This document shows, piece by piece, positions 29,057 to 37,567 of a stretch of DNA of 64,000 nt. The DNA comes from a virus. Its lineage: Duplodnaviria; Caudoviricetes. A program made the translations under genes and the position numbers. How positions within the stretch are numbered: the first letter of the stretch is position 1; each line of letters begins with the position of its first letter. The DNA is taken from positions 32,001 through 96,000 of the IMG/VR virus record IMGVR_UViG_3300013121_000020. One strand, 5' to 3'. Below the pieces are notes generated by a model that was given only the letters and a program-made list of their open reading frames with translations, was not told the DNA's origin and made no database searches.

Positions 29057-29593
29057 ATGGCACGATTTATTCCGTTTACCGTTTATGTAAGTGTTGTTCC
29101 AAGACAAGGTTATGGTAAACGTTTTGAACAAATTCGCGATATTCAAAAATTGTCTATATTAATATATGATGAAATATTATCAATCTCTGGTATACAAGTA
29201 GCACTCCCTGGTGGTGGACAATCATCACAATTGTCAGATATTAACCGTCGAGGTGGTCTTGGCGGATATGCTAATGGTACTGCAGTTAAATTGCAGATGG
29301 GAGAATCGCCAGCACAATTGGCATTAACTGGATTTTATGAAGTTAATGAAGCTAATTCACAACCGTGGAACGATTATCAACTAATATCTGGAGGTGAAAC
29401 ATTAACTGGTCCGGGACCACATCCGTGCGATGCGGTTCCGATAACTTCTTTTAATACGAATGTAAAATCTCTAAAAAATAGTTTCGAGTCAGCGATTACC
29501 GCAGCATTGCCAGCATCAATTGTGTGGAAAATTTTTAGAATTGATTTTGGTGGTGCTATATATGGTGATAGAGGCTTTCATTTTCCTAGATGA
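29057..29593 (+). CDS. hypothetical (probable virion) protein
   Basis: GGAGG RBS; start MARFIP. Confidence 0.65.
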   Translation: MARFIPFTVYVSVVPRQGYGKRFEQIRDIQKLSILIYDEILSISGIQVALPGGGQSSQLSDINRRGGLGGYANGTAVKLQMGESPAQLALTGFYEVNEANSQPWNDYQLISGGETLTGPGPHPCDAVPITSFNTNVKSLKNSFESAITAALPASIVWKIFRIDFGGAIYGDRGFHFPR

Positions 29594-31001
29594 TCAATTC
29601 AAGTTTTAAATGCCCTGCATCCCACATTCGCCGATAGCCGTTGTTAAACATGTTTTGTGCTTCGGTTAACAACGGATCGAAGGTTGCAAGAGTGTTGCCT
29701 AATTTATGTTTTTGACATTGTTGTCTTGATATAGTTTTTAATCCTTTACAATAAAAATATCCTGGTCTGGTTATTTTTCTTTCTATAAATCCGATAGCTC
29801 GATATCCAGTTGCATTTGTGTATCTTAGGTCAGCATATGTTATGATTTTTGATGGGTTGATAGTCTTAATAAAATGATTAAATAATTTTGACACTCCACC
29901 ACGCACGTTATAACCAATTTTAGTTGCCATACGTATTAGTTCATAACCTTCTTTATGCGGATTCCATGACGCTGCCATAACAATTTCATCATTGTCCATT
30001 AAACAAACGTTATACTTCGCATGGCGACCACTTTGCAGATGGTTGTGTTCATAAAAGGTAAATGGGCATATATCAGTTTGTATTTTAAAGGAACGTGCGT
30101 GTAATCTTTTTGATTTATGTTGGCGATTTTTGATTATTGATTCTACGATTTTAGTTTTATATACCCATTCATGTTCATAGAATTGTAAAAGTTGTATACC
30201 AACTTTTTGTGATAAAATCCATTTTGTTTGATGATACAGTCGCTCTTGAGTTGTCTCTATTCTATTAAATGAATGCCAAAACATACCATGGTATTCCACA
30301 CCTAATTTTAATTCTTTATCATAAACATCAATTTCGAATGGTGGTATGATGTTTCTAGAATTGATTATTGGATTATTAAATAGAGTTGATATATCATTGT
30401 GACCTTGTGATAAATTGCAATATGGACAGCCTGAGCCTCTAATATGGTTACTTGGTGTTTGTTGAAATATTTTATTGCACGTGTTGCATATAATATCAAT
30501 ATCTTTGAAATACGATGCATATACTACTTTTGAATAATTGAATCTATTATTGTGGCGATTTTTTGCTTTTTCAATAAATGAGATTGTTATTTCTTGCAGC
30601 TTGTTTTGCCAATGATTTTTTAAGCATTGTGATAATTTTTTCTTCCTTGATATTGTCATCGACTTTTTTATTCCTTTAATAATTAGTTCTCTGTTTTTAC
30701 GCCAGTTCAATTTTGATGATTCTGATAATTGTTGTTTTCTCTGTGATTGAATGATTTTCATTTTTTCGCTTTGTGCCTGTCGATGTTCATTGTTTGCCCA
30801 GTATGTTGATGAATATGATGAGATATATGATGATCTTTTTCTCATTCCTTCAGATATTGAACTGCGATTTATTTTGTGTTTCTTTATCCAATATCGAACA
30901 CTTGCTGGTTTTATACCTTCACGATTTGCTAATTCTCTAATTGAGCAAATCTCCAATTGGGTGATTAACCAGTCTCGATTATGGAAATCGCTAATGGCCA
31001 T
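29586..31001 (-). mobile_element. free-standing Hef-like homing-endonuclease gene: HTH/helical repeats + zinc ribbon + Vsr/DUF559-like nuclease + GNAT-like domain
   Basis: CxxC..H..G.GCPYC; EIDVY...GVEYHG.FWHS; NHLQ...ELIRMATK..VRGG.SKL..ITYADLRY..Y..IGF..GYRRMWDAG. AGGAG RBS; antisense to the structural operon. Confidence 0.7.
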
Positions 31002-31776
31002 ACTATCTCCTGCTGATTTACCTTCTATAATGAAGGTTCGCTCAGAACCAATGAAAAAATACGTGTTAAGTAAGCTTGGCTATCCGAACGTCGATGTAGA
31101 GATATCTGAAGATCAATGGGAGGTGATATGGAAAGTGGCTGGTGACTTTATTGCCCACTATTTTCCACGCGAGCAAAAACTTGCTGTTTTTTATACGTCA
31201 CCTTTAAAACCAACGTATCCATTTCCAAAAGATGCCTATTGGATTCAATCAGTAAATTGGGACCCAGTCACTTCAAGAATAGACGACGTGTTCGGCGCGG
31301 AAAGTTTTTTGTTTAACGTTGGGAATATTAGTGGAATCCAAAATATTTTACTTGACTATCATTTGTTGGCGGCATATCGAAAATTTTCACAAAAAATTCT
31401 TGGTACTGAAGGTCATTGGGAAGTTATTAATGAAGGAACCAGTACTGTTGAAGGTGATTCACTAAGTTCAAAAGATCAATTAATAAGATTATATCCAACA
31501 CCAAAAGGTGCATTTCCAGTAGTTGTGTTATATATTCCGGTGGTTAATTATTTTAGAAGTCCACAAGCGCGCCAACTTGCATACGATTTGATGCTAGCGG
31601 AAGCTAGAATTGCTGTTGGCAGTGCCAGAAGCAAAATTTCTGGTATGCCGACACCAGATGGCGGCGGTATTAATTATGATGGAAGTGATCTTGTTCAGAT
31701 GGGTGAACAGGCTAAAGAGAAAATTATAGAAACCGCAATGAATCTTGGTGAACCGTTAATGGTACACATGTGGTAA
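30994..31776 (+). CDS. neck/head-completion protein (T4 gp13-like)
   Basis: KKYVL.KLGYP.VDVEI.EDQ, G..RSK..G.P.P.GG.....G..L, P-rich end; position before the gp14/gp15-like genes. Confidence 0.8.
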   Translation: MAILSPADLPSIMKVRSEPMKKYVLSKLGYPNVDVEISEDQWEVIWKVAGDFIAHYFPREQKLAVFYTSPLKPTYPFPKDAYWIQSVNWDPVTSRIDDVFGAESFLFNVGNISGIQNILLDYHLLAAYRKFSQKILGTEGHWEVINEGTSTVEGDSLSSKDQLIRLYPTPKGAFPVVVLYIPVVNYFRSPQARQLAYDLMLAEARIAVGSARSKISGMPTPDGGGINYDGSDLVQMGEQAKEKIIETAMNLGEPLMVHMW

Positions 31777-31780
31777 TGAT

Positions 31781-33004
31781 ATGAAATTGAATATGATACA
31801 TGGTGGCGTACTAAACGAAAATTTTTATATATATGATAATCGCTCGCCAGACGAAGATCCAACAATTTATAGTATAGGTGACACAGAACTGCCCGGAGGT
31901 GGTGGCGACTTAGCAACCATGATGGTTGGAGACAGAGAATTACCGCTAATACGCTTTAATCAAGACCTATTCGATTATAGTGAAGATGCTGTTTATGAAG
32001 TTCTTAGAATCTTAATGAATAAATTATTAAAATTAAAAATTAAAAAATTTGATATAGATGACCATAATGCACATGAGTTTGTATACAGTGCAATAAATAG
32101 ATTAGAGAGTGAAGGATGGATTATAAAAACTCCTGATGATTATATAATTGCAATTGGTAACTCACTTCATAAGAATGACCCATTTGCGGCTCCAACGCTT
32201 GCTTCTAAATATTATGAAAAACGTGGTATTATGCCTGATGATATTCCAGGGGCTGATTATTATGATTTACATGCGTTGTCATCGAAATTGGGGCAACCAA
32301 GTGTTGGGCTGCGAGATAAGTTGGGGAAACAATTATCTAAACCATTTTCAGCATACAGTTGGAAGAAAAAACGGTCTGAACATAAAAATGAAGCTGGTAC
32401 AACATTAAGTAAAGCAGTTATTTACCACCAACGTCATTTTAATGGAAAACGATGGCCAGAATTAGAGGCGGCGTTTTTACAACGTGCGAACACTTATTCA
32501 TCACCAGCTGGTGATTATACTCGTCCTAGAATGTCGTTGTTTACTTATATGAACAATTTGCGAGAAGAATGGCCTGAGGGAGAGAAATTAGCGGAATCGC
32601 TTGTTAGTTTTATTGAACGAAATTATGGTAAGAATCATAAATATTATAAGAGATATATTAATTATGGTAACGATAGTTTTATTGAATTTATGAAACGTAG
32701 ACCTAATTTGGCAACACGACTTATTAGACCATTAATAAAACATATTGCAGAAACATGTGCAGCAATGGTGGCTAATTATAATTCACTTTTTGAGAGCGAT
32801 GGCGGATTTAACAATGTAGATAGAACTGTTAAATTAGTGGTTGATCGTATAGTAACTAATAAAGATGTTGATGCTTTGAATCAGATGCATGGTATGTTGT
32901 TTGGTAGAATGGATACTATAATAAAATTAGTAACATCTTTAAAAGATTATTTTGATTTTGATTTATTTGAAACCACAATACAAAATGTTCTTCGGAATCG
33001 CTAA
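31781..33004 (+). CDS. hypothetical protein, possible internal head protein
   Basis: 407 aa; N-terminus MKLNMIHGGVLNE ends in L-x-E. Confidence 0.55.
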   Translation: MKLNMIHGGVLNENFYIYDNRSPDEDPTIYSIGDTELPGGGGDLATMMVGDRELPLIRFNQDLFDYSEDAVYEVLRILMNKLLKLKIKKFDIDDHNAHEFVYSAINRLESEGWIIKTPDDYIIAIGNSLHKNDPFAAPTLASKYYEKRGIMPDDIPGADYYDLHALSSKLGQPSVGLRDKLGKQLSKPFSAYSWKKKRSEHKNEAGTTLSKAVIYHQRHFNGKRWPELEAAFLQRANTYSSPAGDYTRPRMSLFTYMNNLREEWPEGEKLAESLVSFIERNYGKNHKYYKRYINYGNDSFIEFMKRRPNLATRLIRPLIKHIAETCAAMVANYNSLFESDGGFNNVDRTVKLVVDRIVTNKDVDALNQMHGMLFGRMDTIIKLVTSLKDYFDFDLFETTIQNVLRNR

Positions 33005-33008
33005 ATAA

Positions 33009-33497
33009 TTATGATGCCCAATTTGGTAATGGTGGAAGGACTCCACCTTCTGCCGGGAAAGAACCTTCTGGTGTGTATGGGTTGACTGGTGGTGCGTCTG
33101 TCAATTGAAAATCTGGATGTGGGCAATAACCCATGCTATTGGTGTGACATTTATCATACGACTCTTCGACTGGCAATTCAGTAGAAGCCAATTCTTTTAA
33201 CATTTTAAAATAATCTGGATGTGTTCCTTGCGGGCATTCTGGTTTTAATGGTGGTAACACAAACCATTTCTGACGATATCCGCCGCGATTGAAATTAGCT
33301 CCGAATTTTATAAATGAGCCTGGAATCGCCGCTAACGCTACTTCTACATCAACTAAAGCACTACCACAGCCATTTCGTGCCATATATGATGATAACACTC
33401 TTGATGAAATAGATGATGTTGGTTCACAGCCTGGCACAAGAATTTTGTTGCCTGGCATGATTTCTAATTGCAATGCGATAGTGTGTGTCCATCCCAT
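33009..33497 (-). CDS. hypothetical Pro-rich protein
   Basis: 162 aa ORF coupled to 33500..33940. Confidence 0.6.
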   Translation of the reverse strand: MGWTHTIALQLEIMPGNKILVPGCEPTSSISSRVLSSYMARNGCGSALVDVEVALAAIPGSFIKFGANFNRGGYRQKWFVLPPLKPECPQGTHPDYFKMLKELASTELPVEESYDKCHTNSMGYCPHPDFQLTDAPPVNPYTPEGSFPAEGGVLPPLPNWAS

Positions 33498-33499
33498 AT

Positions 33500-33940
33500 T
33501 TAATTTTTGAATTGTAATTGTTCTTGTATAAAATTAATACATACATTCATAAAATGTGGGTTTGCCATGTCTATATTTATTGTGTTGAAGTGATCGGTCG
33601 AGTTTGTTGAAATCTCTTGCGTTATTGATGTTAAGAATAGTGCGCTTAAGATATTACTGTCGATGTCAAAATCAAGCGATATTGAATGTAATATAATGTT
33701 ATGCGCCAGTGGTTTGGTTTCTTCAAATGAGTGTGGTTTTGTGGCGGTAACACACTCACGCCCTAAAAGTTGATTGCTGTCATAAATCATGAATCCAGCG
33801 TGCGGGCCAGTTATTGTTTCTTTATGCAATAGGGTCTTATATTTATAATCAAGTGTTTTAGTTATTTCTTGCAATAGATCGTTTGCTACTTTAAGTGCTA
33901 TTGCTATTTCTAAATCGCGTGCTGATTTTAATTTGTTCAT
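33500..33940 (-). CDS. hypothetical protein
   Basis: 146 aa ORF; GTATTT motif upstream. Confidence 0.6.
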   Translation of the reverse strand: MNKLKSARDLEIAIALKVANDLLQEITKTLDYKYKTLLHKETITGPHAGFMIYDSNQLLGRECVTATKPHSFEETKPLAHNIILHSISLDFDIDSNILSALFLTSITQEISTNSTDHFNTINIDMANPHFMNVCINFIQEQLQFKN

Positions 33941-33988
33941 AGTGGTTTATGTTAAAAATACATTAAATATCTTTAAATTGTGATAATT

Positions 33989-34627
33989 ATGATTCATAAA
34001 TTTGGTTATGATTCTGATGCGGTTCCAGAGGGTGATAAATTTGATTTATCACACCCAGACTTTCGTTCTGATGTTGAGCAACGTCACACACCTCTTGCAT
34101 TACACGATTCAAATAGTAATGATCTAAAACTTGCACGCGCTAAAGCTAATGAAATTATTAATGTATCTGGTGCTGAAGTTAAGGTTTATATTAGAACTGA
34201 GAATGCCGATTATGATCAAGTATGGGATGCTGATCCAGATCCGACATATTGGAACAATTTTACAATTAAAGCGTTTTTTAAACCACAACCATTGGAAACA
34301 GAATTGAAAAAGTGGGGGGTAGATGTAGCAAACAAAACAGAAGTTGTGTTTAGTCATCAAAATCTCTTCCAACTTCTTGGAGAGAGAATGTTACGCGCTG
34401 GAGATGTTATCCAATTACCATATAATGCAGCAACTAATGCTGTTGCACCTAAAAATTATAGAGTTATTAATAGTACTCCAAGCGGTAATTTTCGTTATAA
34501 TTGGTTATATTTTACATGTCAGGTTGAGGTCTTGACTGCTGATATTACAGTTCGTCCTCCAGATGATTCACCAATAGCTGTTGATGAACAAATTGGTAAT
34601 GGGGGTGTATATCGTGAAAGTCTCTGA
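33989..34627 (+). CDS. neck/head-closure protein (T4 gp14-like)
   Basis: E.I..SG..V.VY.R.....D.VW..D, L.KWG.D, RAGDVI.LP; synteny with gp13- and gp15-like genes. Confidence 0.65.
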   Translation: MIHKFGYDSDAVPEGDKFDLSHPDFRSDVEQRHTPLALHDSNSNDLKLARAKANEIINVSGAEVKVYIRTENADYDQVWDADPDPTYWNNFTIKAFFKPQPLETELKKWGVDVANKTEVVFSHQNLFQLLGERMLRAGDVIQLPYNAATNAVAPKNYRVINSTPSGNFRYNWLYFTCQVEVLTADITVRPPDDSPIAVDEQIGNGGVYRESL

Positions 34628-34898
34628 GCAATTGAAACCAATTAGACTTGGTGCAAATATTGCAACACACTCTTTTTTGTCTAGAATAGCGTCAGCGTTG
34701 CAAAAGAAACTAGCTGAAGAAGCTGGCATTGAGGTTGTGTTTATTGGTAAGTCAACGAGCAAGAATGAAATATCAGCAACTTTAACTGGTCAAGTTATTG
34801 ATCTTGATGAACAAAAAATTGACGATGTTAAAAAGAGAGTAGAAGCGATTATGACAAATTTAAAGAATCCAACTAATTTTGTTGAGTTACTTGAGTAG
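34614..34898 (+). CDS. hypothetical protein
   Basis: ORF between the gp14- and gp15-like genes. Confidence 0.55.
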   Translation: MKVSEQLKPIRLGANIATHSFLSRIASALQKKLAEEAGIEVVFIGKSTSKNEISATLTGQVIDLDEQKIDDVKKRVEAIMTNLKNPTNFVELLE

Positions 34899-34912
34899 TT
34901 TGGAGATGAACT

Positions 34913-35776
34913 GTGCCGATTCATGATTTTAATGCTGATATTAAATTACCCAATTCTCAAAGTCTGCCGCATGGGGCGGCAGAACTTCCTGCTGCACGTC
35001 AATTAAGTCACGCAGAAGGTGGTCGTATTAAGTTTGATGGATCTGACTCCATGTCATATCCATATCAACTTGAAGAATTTTTACAACCGGGTTTTCGTGC
35101 GCTTGATGATGCTATGAGGCAGTATTGGTCTGGTATCCGTGTTCCTACTAAAGATTCATATCGTTTTATGAGAGTAAAGGTGGCTGGTGGTGATAAAAGT
35201 CTGTTGTTGTGGGCTGATGATTTGAAGGAAGGTCGTGCAAGATTACCACTTGCAGCGTTGTCACGTGAGTCTCATGAATTTAATCCAGAGAAATTTTCAC
35301 CTGCTTATCACGCTATGACTGCGCGATATATCACAACTCGCGGCAACTTAGCTGCTAAGGTTTATCGTCCTGTTCCATTTTTGGTTGAATACAATTTAAC
35401 TATTTGGGCAGAACATAAGCGTGATGCTGAGTATATCCTATATCAAATTTTAACAAGATATAATCCACTTGCTGAATTTAGGATGTTTGATGGGAAACTT
35501 GAAGGCAATGTTCAATTACATTACGGTGGGTCACATGATGCTAGTGATAAAGAAGCTGGATATGATCAACACGCAAATGTACGATATGAGATTTCTACAA
35601 CAGCGGAAGCATGGCTACCTTTACCAGAAAAGATTGTACCAACTGTGATTGGCCGTATGACGGTACTTAAAGAAAGAGTTGGCGAGATCGCTACCGATCT
35701 ATTTTTAGCTTCTCGTGGATCTGGTAGATTTTCTGAGCCTATTCAAGACATAAATAAAGCTGAAAATGAAATATAA
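34913..35776 (+). CDS. tail terminator / sheath stabiliser (T4 gp15-like)
   Basis: LPLAAL.R..., PVPF..EY.L.IW......A..IL.QIL.R.NP; located upstream of the sheath. Confidence 0.7.
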   Translation: MPIHDFNADIKLPNSQSLPHGAAELPAARQLSHAEGGRIKFDGSDSMSYPYQLEEFLQPGFRALDDAMRQYWSGIRVPTKDSYRFMRVKVAGGDKSLLLWADDLKEGRARLPLAALSRESHEFNPEKFSPAYHAMTARYITTRGNLAAKVYRPVPFLVEYNLTIWAEHKRDAEYILYQILTRYNPLAEFRMFDGKLEGNVQLHYGGSHDASDKEAGYDQHANVRYEISTTAEAWLPLPEKIVPTVIGRMTVLKERVGEIATDLFLASRGSGRFSEPIQDINKAENEI

Positions 35777-35784
35777 TGGAGTTA

Positions 35785-36018
35785 ATGATGGCTAGTAAGA
35801 AGTCTGTGGTTGTTCGGATTTATAATCGATCGAAACAAATGATACCATTGCAATTACGAACTCCTGGTAGCGATTTCTTTACCAATGAACAACAAGTTAG
35901 AATCGATCCTGGTAAAGATGTGGTTTTGCCAAAGTCACATTTGCGCATGGAACAAGTTGAAAATTTGCAAAAACGGCGGATGATTCAAGTTATTTATGAC
36001 AGTGAAGAAGAGTCATAA
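35785..36018 (+). CDS. small pre-sheath virion protein
   Basis: Small gene between the gp15-like gene and the sheath; paralog of 20007..20231. Confidence 0.65.
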   Translation: MMASKKSVVVRIYNRSKQMIPLQLRTPGSDFFTNEQQVRIDPGKDVVLPKSHLRMEQVENLQKRRMIQVIYDSEEES

Positions 36019-37514
36019 ATTAATTTGATGTTCCCAGCATCCCAGAAACGTCGATATCCATTAGCAAACATGTTAGCTGATTCTGACATTGTTTGATCGA
36101 AATTTATCAATAATTTTTTCAACTTATGTTTTTGACATTGTAATCTAGATATAATTTTACCATTTAAATGGTAAAAATATCCTGGTGGTGTAGTATGTGA
36201 TTTTACAAATCCCATTTGTTGATATACATTACCAGTTGAATAACGTAAATCGGCGAATGTTATGACTGTTTGTGGTTTAATTGCACAAATTGCGGTTTTT
36301 AACAATCTTGCTGCACCCCCTCTAATAACATAACCAATTTTGGTTGCTAATCTCATAATTTCTATACTATTATTGCTGTGGCGATTAAATGACATGGCTA
36401 CTACTGGTTCATTGTTATCAACAAGGCACCAACACCATTTTGAGTTTCGGTGTCCGGCTAGGTGGTTTGCGTTGAAAAAAGCTTCTGCTTCTTTATCACG
36501 CATTTGAGCAACACCTAATTTTCTAGCATGTAATTTTTTAGACAAACCAAGTCGATTGGTTATCATTGATATGACAATATCTTGTTTTAATCGCCATTCA
36601 AAATCACAAAATTGCAATAATCTAATTCCTGCTTGCCGTGCTTTGATGAACTTTTCTTGATGGCGATACTTTTCTAATTTAGTTTCTGAACGATTGTATG
36701 AGTGCCAATATATTCCATGATATTCAATTCCTAATTTATGATTTGGTAAATAAATATCTATCTCAAATGGTGTAATGATTGATCTATCATTTAGAATTGG
36801 TGTGTTATTACAAATACCACTAACCAATTCGTAAATTTCACGTTGTCCAGCAGAAGTCGATGATGGTGCACAATGTGGACATCGACTACCACGCAAATGA
36901 GTTATCGGTAACTGAGTGAATGTTGCAGTGCAATTATTACATGTAATTTCGATTGGTTTCGTTGTGGTTGTATATTGCGATGCTGAATAATCAAATTTTC
37001 CGTCATGAATTTGACTAGCTTTTGATATGAAGTCTGATGTGCGTTGTTGCTGGTTGTTTATCCGTTGGCTTTCCCAATAATTTTTAGACCAATCTGAAAT
37101 TTTTTGTCGATATTCATCCGTATGCCTGTGTATTAAATGCTTTGTGCGTATCGTTGGATCAGTCCATGATTTCTTTACGGCTGTTGATATTTTGTGTGAA
37201 ATTGTTTTGTTGTGTACTGCATTGAAATAGTTTGGATCTAAATGTAATGCTGCAAATTTTTGTTTATATTCTTTTGTTTTATATAATGGATTAGATCCGG
37301 CAATAGCGTCGATTGCCGGTTTTCGACATTTATAGCACGACCATGGGTCAGTAGTGTTTTTTCTAAATTTCCAATAATTATTTAAACTTATTGATACTAT
37401 TTGTTTACAAGTGTGGCAACACACTAGTAAGGTGATGTTTGTTGTCTTAGCAAATATAGATGGGTAGTGAATCACTTGAGGGTCGGCAGCAATAGTCGCT
37501 TTGCGGGTGGGCAT
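35994..37514 (-). mobile_element. free-standing Hef-like homing-endonuclease gene (paralog of 29586..31001)
   Basis: CxxC motifs, FEIDIY...GIEYHG.YWHS nuclease core, NHLAG...EIMRLATK..IRGGAARL..FADLRYS.G.VY..GF..GYRRFWDAG. Start MPTRKAT with GGAG RBS. Confidence 0.7.
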
Positions 37515-37534
37515 GACTACTTTATTGCTCCAAG

Positions 37535-37542
37535 CAAAAGTA
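37535..37542 (+). promoter_or_regulatory. candidate late-promoter motif CAAA-NN-TA (sheath example)
   Basis: Same motif upstream of starts at 10519, 27953, 28466, 42248, 42942, 45468 (+) and 20260 (-). Confidence 0.5.
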
Positions 37543-37567
37543 TAGTAACTTACGAGGATAAATACAT

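Noticed and set aside
30751-30993. 81-aa N-terminal extension of the neck gene in the ORF track
   Set aside because: It is antisense shadow of the nuclease gene; neck-like sequence starts at about 30994.
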